63,486 bases of DNA, filler included, from Octopus bimaculoides (GCF_001194135.2; 5 parts of 4 records of this genome joined end to end with filler, not necessarily neighbours in it), one strand, 5' to 3'. Counted from the first letter of the whole stretch, positions 10,926-24,838 are shown. Notes: generated by a model from the letters alone, not told the origin. A program made the numbers and translations.

Positions 10926-11519
10926 TTACAAGCTTAATAATGCAGAAATTATTTAAAATCCTTTTTTGCTTATTTTCAAAATTAATTTAAGCATAACGGA
11001 GAGTTGGTGGAATGTCAAATAATTCAATTGCTGGCAAGAGTAGAAAAATTTAACATTTCATACAAACAACTAATTCATTTTCTTCAAGTCTCTATTGAAT
11101 GACACTGACCTGAAATGTTAAGATTTTCCACTTCTCATGGCAATTGAATTAATCAAAAATCCATGAACTCATATTTTTTTGGTTTATTGTTATTGATACA
11201 GACCTTCAATACTCTTCTCTAATTCCAGATTTTAACTTAATTTGAGATATAGGCTGAGTATTTTGCTGAAAATATGGTCACAAAATGGTTAACATACTTA
11301 ACACTGAATCACCATAAGTGTTTTTGAAATAAACTTCAATTTCAGTTTATTTTGCATGTCAGATCAGGAAATTAACTGAATGAAGCTTCTTTAAGTTTTT
11401 ATCAACCAAATCCATTCACAAGGCTTTGGTTAAACAAGGGCTATAGTGGAAGACACTTGCAATGGGATTCAATCCAAGACTATATGGTTGGGAAGCAAGC
11501 TTCTTAACCACACACCCAC

Positions 11520-11646
11520 ACAATATATATACATGCATACACTCAAACATATGTATACACATAAATACATACACACATATATATACACATACATATGTAA
11601 ATATATATATATATATATATATATATACATTCACATGCACAGATAT

Positions 11647-11684
<38 letters not shown>

Positions 11685-12431
11685 GCATATATACACACAC
11701 ATACATATACACACATATATATGTATATATACACATATATGTACATATAAATATACACACAGACATCTACACTTGTACATATATACATACACACACATGC
11801 ATATATTCATACATGTGGACATACATAGACATACATACATAGAGACACACACTGACATACATACATTCAAACTCAGCATACATCAGAGACATATATACAC
11901 ATAACCAAATGCACACTGCTTCCAATAGATAATTCAATTTTCCACTCAACTTAACAATCACTGGACTACGAATGTTGTGAGTGAGCACCTAACTCGTTAG
12001 TATCATAATGATATTGTTGTTGTTGTTGTTGTTTCATTTGTTTGTTGTTCATCTCACTGGTACTAATATTAGTATCACTAACATAATACTGCTTACTTAT
12101 TGAATCGACCTACTGAATGGGTTGCACATAGGTGATGGAGAGAAGCTATTAATAAGCAATACAATGCATGCATACACACATATACACACCCTTCCTTACA
12201 CAGACATGCATGCATGCATACAATCTATCTATTTGCCTACCAAATAGATAGATTGTGAGATGGATGGATGGATGGATGGATGGATGGATGGAGGGAGGGA
12301 TAGATAGATAGGATAGATAGATAGATAGATAGATACATACATACATACATACATGCATGAATACATACATCATAAATACAAGTATGCATGTACTGCAAGA
12401 CACCAGAATAATATGAAAGAATATGAATGAA

Positions 12432-12465
<34 letters not shown>

Positions 12466-12555
12466 GTGTATATAGATACACACAGATATATGTGTGTGTG
12501 TGTGTGTGTGTTTGTGTGCATATATATATATGTATATGTATGTGTATATGTACAT
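11520..12555. repeat. Compound (TA)n/(CA)n/(GATA)n/(GGAT)n microsatellite blocks (11520-11900, 12150-12555)
   Basis: Directly visible. Confidence 0.92.
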
Positions 12556-12715
12556 GTGTTGGCGTTAGGAAGGGCATCCAGCTGTAGAAACTCTGCCAAA
12601 TTTAGATTGGAGCCTGGTATTGCCATCCGGTTTCACCAGTCCTCAGTCAAGTCGTCCAACCCATGCTAGCATGGAAGGCAGACGTTAAACGATGATGATG
12701 ATGATGATGATGATA
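12555..12715 (+). mobile_element. SINE family A, A2 (RTE-type) tail
   Basis: TTGGCGTTAGGAAGGGCATCCAGCTGTAGAAAC..CCCATGCTAGCATGGAAGGCAGACGTTAAAC(GAT)n. Confidence 0.85.
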
Positions 12716-13019
12716 TTATGATAAAAATGTGAGTGCATGTACCATGCCCTAGCAAGAAACTAGTATTTATTCAATGTATGTTGTCATTAGCGTTATTTTA
12801 AGTCTATATTTTTTCCTATGCTAGCCTGAGTGGATAGATAGATTATTATGGTTCATATATTGTTGCAAACAGTAACAATGAGAACCAACTTTGTTGTTGT
12901 GTATGTTTTATGGTGTAGACCATGTGCATTTCATTATGCCACTTACTTTACATATTTATTCATAAATCACACTGTATTCCTGTCAAACCTGCACCATTAC
13001 CTGTAGCTTTTGGTATACA

Positions 13020-13292
13020 GGTGATCTAATTGGTGGCAGTAGGTGTTCCAAAATATATAGACAGAGTAAGAATGGGTTGGAAAATGTTCAGGAAGCTATT
13101 ATCTCTGCTGATTAAAAAAGATTTCTAAGAGTGAAGAGCAAATATATGATGTTTATGTGTAAGTCAGATGTTGTTCTCCGACACATCTATGACAACTGTA
13201 AACTCTGAACTGAATAGGAACTGACTTGGAACATGACGAGCTATCCCATTTATGCCAGCATGAGAAGCAAATATAAAAATGATACTGATGAT
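13020..13292 (+). mobile_element. RTE LINE 3' remnant with internal deletion
   Basis: GGSRCSK..RVRMGWKMFRKLLSLL..K..RVK..IYD resembles the RTE segment ARVRIGWKKFRELLPLL..RVKGRLYD; ends CCCATTTATGCCAGCATGAGAAG..ATGATACTGATGAT. Confidence 0.6.
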
Positions 13293-13344
13293 ACCAAGCG
13301 GTTTGGACAATAAGCATTCATCTGTTTGGTCAAATGAGTCACCA

Positions 13345-13480
13345 ACACATCATCATCATCATCGTTTAACGTTCGCTTTCCATGCTAGCATGGGTTGGAC
13401 GATTTGACTGGCTACACCAGGCTCCAATCTGATTTGGCAGAATTTCTACAGCTGGATGCCCTTCCTAATGCCAACCACTC
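13345..13480 (-). mobile_element. SINE family A, A2 tail
   Basis: (CAT)n CGTTTAACGTTCGCTTTCCATGCTAGCATGGG..CTACAGCTGGATGCCCTTCCTAATGCCAA. Confidence 0.85.
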
Positions 13481-13681
13481 TACATAATAATATTTTAAAT
13501 AACTGAATATTCCACAAATAATTTATCTTTTAATTTTTTCGTGCTTCAGTCATTAGACTGTGACTATGCTGAAGTATCACCTTGAAAGGCTCTAGTTGAA
13601 AAAATTGCCCCCAGTACTTTCTCTTTTGCTGAACTGTTTAGTTATGGACACATGAAGAAACCAAAACTGATTGTCAACAAG

Positions 13682-13781
13682 NNNNNNNNNNNNNNNNNNN
13701 NNNNNNNNNNNNNNNNNNNNNNNNNTTAATTAATTAANNNNNNNNNNNNNNNNNNNNNNNNNNNNNNNNNNNNNNNNNNNN
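13682..13781. other. Artificial 100-bp assembly spacer: 44 N + TTAATTAATTAA + 44 N; also at 37928-38027, 57459-57558 and 60574-60673
   Basis: An identical 12-mer (stop codons in all six frames) is centred in equal-length N runs at 13726, 37972, 57503 and 60618. Confidence 0.9.
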
Positions 13782-13819
<38 letters not shown>

Positions 13820-14502
13820 GAATACACGTACACATATATGTGCGTGTATATGTATGTATGCATGTCTTTAAACGATATAAAATGTCATATGCCTATATAC
13901 CGTTTTAAACACGTGCATATAGCACACTCGCATATACACGCATACCCACTTACTTGCATACGCATGCGCACATGTATTCGTGTGTGGGGAAGTGTTAGAT
14001 AGGTAAACAGATAACCAGATGCAAATAAGATATGTTCTGTCAAAAATTGATGCGGATAGAGGAGGAATGATAGGGCAGAGGGCGGGGTATTGTAGGAGAT
14101 GTTGGCTTTTGTGGGGTTCTACGGTAATAATTACGCTCAGAAATAATATCTTTTAATGAGACACTTCAGAACGAGATTATCTCGAAGATATAAGGTTTGA
14201 TTGTTTTGTCCTCAATGTACGTGAGGTAGATTACTGGGTGTGATCTGTTGGTAAGGGGTAGTGTTTCGAGTGAATTTTAGTGATACGGGTGCTGATTGTT
14301 CCGTGGGGTGGGTAGTTGGGTGGATTCTAGCGATGAGGGTGATGGTGGCGGTCGTTGAGAGAGTGGTAGTATTGGTTGTGGTGGTTTTGTTAGGTAGTCG
14401 GATTGTTTGACGAATTGCGTGATTGTAAAGATATGGACGAAAATGGGGACAATGTTGATGACGATGACGTTGATAATGATAATGGACACTTTTGTACATG
14501 CA

Positions 14503-14545
<43 letters not shown>

Positions 14546-14560
14546 TTATCTATCTATCTA

Positions 14561-14656
<96 letters not shown>

Positions 14657-14831
14657 AATTGGAAAAAAATGCAATAGAGGGCATTTGTTCGGACAGATAG
14701 ACGATGCAAAGGCGGACAAGAGAAACAACAATTAGAAGGACAGGCAAAAAAAAAAAAAAGAAAAAAAAAAAGCCAAGACGGTTCATTCTTAGCTTTCTTT
14801 CATGAGTCAAGTCCCAGAAGTGACGACCATT

Positions 14832-15110
14832 TCGGGCAGTTACACTTGAGATAGTTCGATCTGGTTGCCCCTAAAAAGTCTAAGCTAAGAGCATTAGACA
14901 CCTTTGTAAGAAAGCTAGCGAATGTGTACGGCAACAAAGACAAAACAAAAAGTAAATAAACAAAAAACGGAGAACGTGGTACACAATTACGAATACAAAC
15001 AACAAGAAATAACAACAGGCGTCTTTCGACTGAGAACGTTTCAAACAGAGCTGGCGTGTATGAAGTAAAAGCCGAAAGGCAGGAACATAGGAGATAGGAA
15101 GAGAACCCAC
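14832..15110. mobile_element. Dispersed repeat family E (second copy at 37256-37520), possibly Penelope-like terminal sequence
   Basis: Shared blocks ATTTCGG..GTTA.ACT.GAGAT.GTTC, CTAAGCTAAGAGCATTAGA, AAAAACGGAGAA, ACAACAG..GTCTTTCGACT.AG.ACGT. Confidence 0.65.
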
Positions 15111-15231
15111 GAGCGTACGGTCTTCAACCCAACAGTTTACCCATTAAACCACAATCCTTTATATATTTCGAGTAATTTATTCGAAAATACAGACAGGTGT
15201 ATTTTTGCTGTCCCTTGTAGCCTCCTTATGA

Positions 15232-16600
15232 CTGTGAGCTGGCAGAATCGTTAAGATGTCGGACAAAATACTCAACGTCATTACGTACGGTTCTTTGTAT
15301 TCTGTGTTCAAATGCATCCATGGATAACGATTGATCTCTGCACTTGATCAAAACTTCCTTGTCTCGACTCAGAAATGACAAAAGGAAAAGTTGACCTTTG
15401 CGGGATTTGAACTCAGAATGTAAAGTAGATGCCTCTTGATATTTTGCCCGATTCTCTAACGCTTCTGCTAACAATGTTACTAATTTAATACGGAGTTCTG
15501 TATTTCATCTTATTTACCATAAGAAAAGGTTATTCATTAGGATTATCATTGAATGGATGTGTGTATCAATGCTTCTAATTTTATTTTTGTTTTTATTCTT
15601 ATTTTACTTTTATTTTTATTGTTATTTTTATTGTTATTTTTATTCTTATTTTATTTTTAGCATTTTCCTTCTGACCCGAACACTTTTATAAAACGTCGAT
15701 AATATTCTTGTCACATTTAGCTTCATTCTAGCTTCTCCAGTCCAGTCCAGTCTCCTGCATTTATTCCAAGATATTTGTAGACTTACCATTGTTATAATTC
15801 CTTAATTTCAATATCTTTATCTTACCATTCATTATGTGCCACCTTATTAGTGTCTCTATCTTTAGATTATCCATTCAACATGGTTTTTCTATTTCTATTT
15901 CCAAACAAACATCTACGCTAAAACATTGAAATCTTTCTTTAAAAAGGGTAGCAATGCTGATGGCAGAACAGTTAGAGCATCGGGCAAAGGCGCTTTGCGT
16001 CAATTATTCTGCGTCGATGCATTTTGAGTTCAAACTCCGCAGAAGCCACCTTACATTTTATTTTTCAGGTTCGATAATATAAAGTACCTGTCAAGTACAG
16101 GGATCGATGATTGATCATAATTGTATTTGAGCTCAGAACTTAAAGAGTCGGAAGAAATATCGCTGAAATTTTTGTGTGATGCGCTAACATTTCTGCTAGC
16201 GCAACGGCTTCATAATAATAGTAACCTATGCTAGTATAGGCTCAAGATTTGAAATTTTGCGGGAGACGGTTAGTCGATTACATCGACCACAGTACTTGGC
16301 TAAGACTAAATTACTGACTCCGAAATAATGAAAACCAAAATTCGATTCCGGCGAAATTCGAACTCAGAACGTAAAGACTGGTGAAATGCCAATAACAACT
16401 TTACACGGCGTCTAACGATTTTTTTCTACTCTAGGCACAAGGCCTGAAATTTTTCGAAATGGGGGCACTCGATCAGATCGACCCCAATACACAACTAGTA
16501 CTTGATTTATCGACGCCGAAAGGATGAAAGGCAAAGACGACCTCGGCGGAATTTGAACTCAGAACGCAAAATGCAGCCAAGCGTTTCATCCGGCGTTATC
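15232..16600. mobile_element. Cluster of about 6 family B SINE fragments in mixed orientation
   Basis: Heads at 15232(+), 15390-15470(-), 15950-16110(+), 16120-16210(-), 16230-16420(-) and 16420-16600(-), all with TTTGAACTCAGAAC or TTCTG..TTCAAA cores. Confidence 0.75.
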
Positions 16601-17477
16601 TTCATGTGATACATATATATNNNNNNNNNNNNNNNNNNNNNNNNNNNNNNNNNNNNNNNNNNNNNNNNNNNNNNNNNNNNNNNNNNNNNNNNNNNNNNNN
16701 NNNNNNNNNNNNNNNNNNNNNNNNNNNNNNNNNNNNNNNNNNNNNNNNNNNNNNNNNNNNNNNNNNNNNNNNNNNNNNNNNNNNNNNNNNNNNNNNNNNN
16801 NNNNNNNNNNNNNNNNNNNNNNNNNNNNNNNNNNNNNNNNNNNNNNNNNNNNNNNNNNNNNNNNNNNNNNNNNNNNNNNNNNNNNNNNNNNNNNNNNNNN
16901 NNNNNNNNNNNNNNNNNNNNNNNNNNNNNNNNNNNNNNNNNNNNNNNNNNNNNNNNNNNNNNNNNNNNNNNNNNNNNNNNNNNNNNNNNNNNNNNNNNNN
17001 NNNNNNNNNNNNNNNNNNNNNNNNNNNNNNNNNNNNNNNNNNNNNNNNNNNNNNNNNNNNNATATACACCCACACAAACATGTCATGTTAATGTTTGTAG
17101 TTCATCGCATATAATTTCGATGTTTATGCATGGATCTTTGTGTATTTGTCTCTGAATATGACAGACTGTCTGCAATGCAAATGTGTGCTCGTGATCATGT
17201 GCATGAGTTTGTGCATATGTTCGCATGTGTGAGTGTGTTTTTGTGCGCGCGCGAAAATATATCTATATATCTGTGTATGTACACACATATATAAAAATAT
17301 GCATGTATATATATATATATATATATATATATTCGAATATACAGGCATGCGCAATGTACCTTTGTGCGTGTAGCTGCCTCTCTTGGTGTTTAGTGTGTAC
17401 AAGTTATGAATGTAATTATAATATACTGAATCAACTTTCTACAGTGTTAGTCATATATTTGATGCAGTTGTCCTTAC

Positions 17478-17536
<59 letters not shown>

Positions 17537-17602
17537 TAATGAGAATAATAATAATAGTCACTGTGTTATTATTTCGTTAGAATTGATTATTGTTGATGTT
17601 GC

Positions 17603-17665
<63 letters not shown>

Positions 17666-17923
17666 CATCATTATTATTGTTAGCTTCTTTCAAACAATTA
17701 ACATACATCTCCTCATACGTCACTAAAGAGCGCACAAAACCATTTACCTCGATATCAATATACACTCGTTCATGCGTTCATGTATACACACGTAAGGCAC
17801 GCACAGAAACGCCATATATGAATACATATTGATATATATGTATACCCACACACACATGGGTATATACATACAGATAGACATCTACATACTTGCACACATA
17901 TAAATAGATATATATATATATAT

Positions 17924-17982
<59 letters not shown>

Positions 17983-18279
17983 TAGATAGATTTACATATG
18001 TATACATACATGCACGCATAAACATACATATACATATCACACACGTTAATGTATGGCTATGGCTACAAGCCTCATCTTAAAACATTGTTTTCGTTGTCAA
18101 TTCAGTGCCTTTCAAACACACCTGCTATGTTTAGTTTTTCACTTATTCTTCTTAATTTTCCTTCAAAAATTTATATATTTTAAAATCATCACCATGATCA
18201 TCATTGCTCCTGCTGCTGTTGTTGTTGTTGTTCTTCTTCTTCTTCTTCTTCTACTTCTTTTTTTTCATTCTGTTGTTGC

Positions 18280-18357
<78 letters not shown>

Positions 18358-18360
18358 CAA

Positions 18361-18403
<43 letters not shown>

Positions 18404-18563
18404 GTTATTATCATGTTATTACTTTCAACTTTTAAAGATTTTTCAAAGTATTTCAAGTAGTTAAAAAAACAAAAACAAAAACAAAAACAAAATATATAAA
18501 TCAAACGCAAACCAAAACAAAATCCCATTACTCTCTCATGGTAAAAATAAAACAATTTAACAC

Positions 18564-18602
<39 letters not shown>

Positions 18603-18868
18603 CATTATTATTATTATTATTGTTGTTGTTGTTGTTGTTATTGTTGTTGTTGTTGTTGCTGTCGTCATAGTTATTATTATTGTCTATGCCTCCGTTCTTA
18701 TTATTGTTAATAGTACTGTTGTCGACATCATCATCATCGTCATCGTCATCATCATCATCATCATCATCATCCTCATCATCATCATCATCCTTCTTTTATA
18801 TTTAATTTCCACAGAAATAAAATTTCTGGTTGAAGCAGATGTCTATAATTTCACTGCCTTCTATTCTC

Positions 18869-18914
<46 letters not shown>

Positions 18915-19083
18915 AAATTTATTAATTTTTTATTTATTTATTTCTCTGAATTCTCAATTTTCTTTAGTCTAGTTAAATTTTTACGCCATTTTCCACCGCC
19001 CGTAACTCACCCCTGTCCCACCCTCATCCCTTTTCTGCACCACCAATTTTTTACAATGACATCAACAACATTATGGCATTATG

Positions 19084-19117
<34 letters not shown>

Positions 19118-19118
19118 T

Positions 19119-19180
<62 letters not shown>

Positions 19181-19510
19181 TCGCCATCACCACCACGACC
19201 ACCATCTTCCTTCCTTGTCTTTGACAACAATAAGAACATCCTCATGACAATCCCCATCTCCCCCACCTTCAACAACACCGTCGCCACCTTCGTCATCAAC
19301 AGCAACTGTTAAAACAACAACTGCAACAACAATGCCGCCGCAATCAACACCATGACCATAACCACAAACCTACATCACTACAACCGAAGTTAAGAACAAC
19401 AACAACAACAACAGCGACAACAATTTCACCACTATCACCATCAACAACACCAACCCTGCCACTACTAGCTAAATATGACAACAACAACAAAAACAACAAC
19501 AACACAGCCA
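17478..19510. repeat. Trinucleotide microsatellite field: (AAT)n, (ATT)n, (GTT)n, (CAT)n, (CTT)n, (TAC)n, (CAA)n, plus (TTTC)n and (TA)n
   Basis: Directly visible; source of the poly-I/L/Y/S ORFs. Confidence 0.95.
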
Positions 19511-20442
19511 CCCCCTCAGGCACTACCGCACTCCCAATTCACACACCGGTTTTAACTCTATCCTCACACCTGCCTCTGCCTACCCAGCTATTACTTCTAG
19601 GTTCTGTACTTTGAATATTTTAAAAAGCGTAAAACAAATTATTTTGTTAAAATAACTTCATAATGAAGGCATGACTATAATAACGAAAGTCTGCAGTGGA
19701 GTTTTTCTCTTTTTTTTTTCTTTTTGTATAAATTTATTTTTGTTACCTTTATTCCACAGTCTTGTCATTCTTATTTTTATTTTATGTATTTTGAAATTTT
19801 AGTTTTATTCAAATATTTTCTCAATGTTCATTGGTAAAGAAACCAAAATTCTTTGGTCGTTAAATCAGTTTCATTCGAATCGCAAGTTCCATCCTTAAGC
19901 ACGGCGCATTCACTGATGTATTTGATGTCCATTTTGTTTGTCACTGTGTGTGTATGCATATGCATTGGATGTATCTATATATGTATGTAGTTATATATAA
20001 GCATGTATAAGTGTGCGTATGTATGCATGTGTGTGTCTGTCTGTTATTATATTTGTGCGTGTATATGTGTTAATGTCTAATATTTTGTTTTTATGTTTCT
20101 GTTTCACTTATTTGTCTTCATTTCTTTTCTCCTATTCTGCTATTCTTTTATAAGTTTATTAAAATGCAATATTTCTTTGATTTATTTTTTAATGTTCGTC
20201 TTCTTCCATCAAATGTTCATTCTTTTTTCTTTTATATTCAAGTACATTTGTTCATATATCCATAGCTATAAATGCATACATATATATATATATATATATA
20301 TACATACATACACGCACACANNNNNNNNNNNNNNNNNNNNNNNNNNNNNNNNNNNNNNNNNNNNNNNNNNNNNNNNNNNNNNNNNNNNNNNNNNNNNNNN
20401 NNNNNNNNNNNNNNNNNNNNNNNNNNNNNNNNNNNNNNNNNN

Positions 20443-20481
<39 letters not shown>

Positions 20482-21246
20482 GTATATGTATGTACATGTA
20501 TGTATATGAAATATTATTTTTCTCTCTAATGTTGCCTTCGAATAATATAGAATCGTAGAATAAATTCAACCAAAATTTCGTTTCAATAAGCATTTCACTT
20601 AAATGGTCATTATTACTTCTTAGTTGCCCCTTTTCAAAATTTACTTTCTTTTTTTTTGCTTTTTGCCAATTACTATTTTTCTTATTTTTTCTTCCTTTTT
20701 CCTTTTTTTTTTAGTTGCTTTCAATAATGTTCTTGAGACTTCACTTTCTTCCTTTCATTCCAAAATTCTAAGAGAAAAATACCAAAACCAACAACAAAGA
20801 AAAGAAGGAAACGTGTAAATTATTTTCCATTTGTCAATTTGTTTGATTGTTTGTTTGTTCATTTGTTTGTTTGTGTATTTATTTGAATATGTTTTGGTTT
20901 ATTGATTTAATGATTTCGCCATTTTGGATGATATTACGAATGTTTATAAGAGTTTATTAACTATGAGACTTTCAACAACACTTCAAACTACTATCATAAT
21001 GATTTTAACAACTGCTATTGATTGATACTGATTGTGCTGCTGGTGGTGTTGGTGCTGTCGTCGTCGTCGTCGTAGTTATAACTGTTGTAGTTGTTGTTCT
21101 ATTAGCTGGCTGTTTGTTGTTGTTGTTGTTGTTGCTGTAAACAGCTATTAAGAAACAGAGGTTGGTAAAAATACTGATGTATGTCGACAATCTTGTGATG
21201 TTGTTACAGCATATATTTTATTATTATCATCATCACCATCATCACC

Positions 21247-21285
<39 letters not shown>

Positions 21286-21354
21286 TACTTTTTTTGATAA
21301 ATTTCGTCTTTTATCTGTGTGTAATGTAACGGAATGTAATTGATGTACTGAACG

Positions 21355-21610
21355 AATGATGTAGCGAGATCGTGAAAGTGGGATGGTGGTTCGAATCCAG
21401 GAACCGCCGAGGCTGTGCCCCGCTATCTCTTTCCTAGTTGATGGAGTTACGGGTTACACATAAAAGAAATAAATAAATAACTGACGGTTCCCTTACCCAG
21501 CATGTATAAATGTTATCTTGTCTAGTCTCTATCATCAAGGATTCTCTGACCCAGCTATAAAGATGTTAGACTTCTCGCCAGCACAATTACTAAACCAACT
21601 ATCTATAAAT
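21355..21610 (+). mobile_element. Probable degenerate tRNA-headed SINE
   Basis: B-box-like GGTTCGAATCC at 21388-21398 followed by non-tRNA sequence; no complete cloverleaf. Confidence 0.35.
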
Positions 21611-23530
21611 GTCTTCTCACGTAAATTCTAACGGCAGGTCTTTTTGATACCAAAAGGACTCTCCGTTGTTCCTTACTACTATTACTGTTGTTTACTGTGT
21701 TTTAGCTAAACATTTAAATCTGCCCCAGAGGTACTTCACTTCAGTATTTCCCATTGAGAAAGGCTGAAGAGCCAGAAGCGTTGCATCTGAGAATCCGATA
21801 GGGGGAAGCACAGGACAAATATAGTGTTTTAACACCTTTTACTATAAGAGAGAATTTTTTTCTCTCCGTGGTAACTGCAATGAATTTACCATTAAGAAGT
21901 AGAAATATGTCATAAACAAATTTTAACTTAAATTTTAACTAACTTCGCTTATGCCTAAACACTGTGAGGCGCTGATACTGCTCATTGTATCGCGAACGGG
22001 CGGTCCTATAGCGCAAATCAGTCAATGTTGCTTACTATTTTTTTTTTTAAGCTAAAGCTACGGCTTTAATTCTGCCCAGAATTACTTCCCCTCATTATTT
22101 TATCCAAGATATACTTCTTCTAAAAAATGGTAGGATGTGACTTGAGAGAAATTTAACCGACACTTCTAGCACGTCAAGCAGTTACATTCATCTTCGCAGT
22201 TGGATCACGGAAAATTGATATATCATGTAGAGATAGCAGTGTAAAAACAAAAAAACAAGGCNNNNNNNNNNNNNNNNNNNNNNNNNNNNNNNNNNNNNNN
22301 NNNNNNNNNNNNNNNNNNNNNNNNNNNNNNNNNNNNNNNNNNNNNNNNNNNNNNNNNNNNNNNNNNNNNNNNNNNNNNNNNNNNNNNNNNNNNNNNNNNN
22401 NNNNNNNNNNNNNNNNNNNNNNNNNNNNNNNNNNNNNNNNNNNNNNNNNNNNNNNNNNNNNNNNNNNNNNNNAATAAAAAAAACACCACATAAATGAAAG
22501 ATATTCCCCAAAACATCCAATCAACTCCTCGAATTTTGTGTCTACACGAATAACTAAAGAAATAATACTAAAGAATTCTCAGAAGAGATATTAATCGGTT
22601 GGATAAATTTATTAACGTCATACTGTGCCTTACAAACGGCATCTGATGTTTATGTGATATTAATGAGAGATACGATTTACTGGCAAAGTATCGTTTGCGC
22701 GCTTTTCATTTGAGGCGCCAAATATTTGACTAATCTAGATTGACTCTATAAAAGATAATGCCGATATTCTGTAGATGATAACCAAAAGAAAAAGAAAACC
22801 TATCTCGTATATTCCATACATATATATGTCTGATGTGTCTATATGTGTACGTACATGTATAGATACAGCCATACATAGAAGTGTATATATTCATATATAT
22901 ATATATANNNNNNNNNNNNNNNNNNNNNNNNNNNNNNNNNNNNNNNNNNNNNNNNNNNNNNNNNNNNNNNNNNNNNNNNNNNNNNNNNNNNNNNNNNNNN
23001 NNNNNNNNNNNNNNNNNNNNNNNNNNNNNNNNNNNNNNNNNNNNNNNNNNNNNNNNNNNNNNNNNNNNNNNNNNNNNNNNNNNNNNNNNNNNNNNNNNNN
23101 NNNNNNNNNNNNNNNNNNNNNNNNNNNNNNNNNNNNNNNNNNNNNNNNNNNNNNNNNNNNNNNNNNNNNNNNNNNNNNNNNNNNNNNNNNNNNNNNNNNN
23201 NNNNNNNNNNNNNNNNNNNNNNNNNNNNNNNNNNNNNNNNNNNNNNNNNNNNNNNNNNNNNNNNNNNNNNNNNNNNNNNNNNNNNNNNNNNNNNNNNNNN
23301 NNNNNNNNNNNNNNNNNNNNNNNNNNNNNNNNNNNNNNNNNNNNNNNNNNNNNNNNNNNNNNNNNNNNNNNNNNNNNNNNNNNNNNNNNNNNNNNNNNNN
23401 NNNNNNNNNNNNNNNNNNNNNNNNNNNNNNNNNNNNNNNNNNNNNNNNNNNNNNNNNNNNNNNNNNNNNNNNNNNNNNNNNNNNNNNNNNNNNNATATAT
23501 ATCCTAATTGACGATTCCCTGCCCTGCATA

Positions 23531-23564
<34 letters not shown>

Positions 23565-23826
23565 CATATATATATATATATATACTTACATATATATATA
23601 TATAAACATATATATATCTATATATAAACATCATTATTCACACAAACATATAAAACATTTACATACAATATATAATAGTTACGTACATCAGGCATCCACA
23701 GTAGGTCCGCAGTTCTAGTATCTAGCATCTTTGTTAATAATTGCAATGAAAGTATGAAAAAATAATGATCTGCCATTTTTGTCTTCTACTTTTCCATTTG
23801 TTTTTACCAATTCCACAGACACACAC

Positions 23827-23861
<35 letters not shown>

Positions 23862-24838
23862 TACACACACACACACATACACACACACAATATATACATA
23901 TATTAGCCAGTGATGAAGCTGTTTGAACCTCAGCCCAGCCTCACTTTATGAAAGATCAGATGTGCATCGGAATATTAATATAGTAGTCTGCGAGAAATAT
24001 GCGTCTGATTGTTTCCGTCGTCATGCCTTGTAATTTACGAGATCGAAAATGGCGGAAAGGTGGTAGAATCTCCCACATATGTGGGAACTTATGTCTGTAG
24101 GTGTGTTTATGGAGTTGTTAGCTAACAACTCTTACATCGCTTAATCGATTTTGATGAAAGTTGACACGTGAGTAGAACGCACGTCTGGAAACCTCATGGC
24201 ATACTCAGATTGTTGCAAAAATCGATAATAGTGCCCCTGGAAGGAATTCTTATATGTCTAATATGTTTTGTTTTAAAAACCAAGAGAAATAACCCTGGAA
24301 GGAATCCTTATATATATAGCTAAGGGAAGTAACCCATTCATTTCCCTAAATAATTTGGTAAAAATCAAATTGAGTATGCTTATTTCTTAGTATTTGAACT
24401 GTTAGAGTTATTTTCGCAATTTATCCTGTACAACCCTTAAACAAATAAATAGTATTTTCCTAAACAATAGATTCAAATATTTCAGTTAGTGACTTCTTCA
24501 CAAATACAGCAACACTAGCGCCTCTGAGGGTAATATTCTGTGGAAACACACAAAAGCACTTTTCAGAATTATTTACTTTGAATTGTTATATCATATCTGA
24601 TTAGCCTGTTATTATGTAACATGCTTCACGATTTTTGTATTCATACTTTATTAGTATTTCTTCCTATGTTCTATATACTCTGGGAACGCATTAAAGCCCT
24701 TATCGGGGCTACTTTCTTGAATTCTTACTATCGGGTAACTAATTTCATGTTATTACATAATTGAGTTCACAATCTGCGCATTCATAACTTATTGGGAATT
24801 CTTAAAAGCAAGATCCTGTGTAAAACAGCTCGGGATCC

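Noticed and set aside
13726-13737. Recurring TTAATTAATTAA as a biological motif or CRISPR-like repeat
   Set aside because: Always centred in 44+44 N runs, so it is an assembly spacer. No repeat-spacer array or cas genes exist in the window.
18053-18972. Poly-Ile/Leu/Val ORFs resembling membrane proteins
   Set aside because: Translations of (ATT)n/(GTT)n/(CAT)n tracts.
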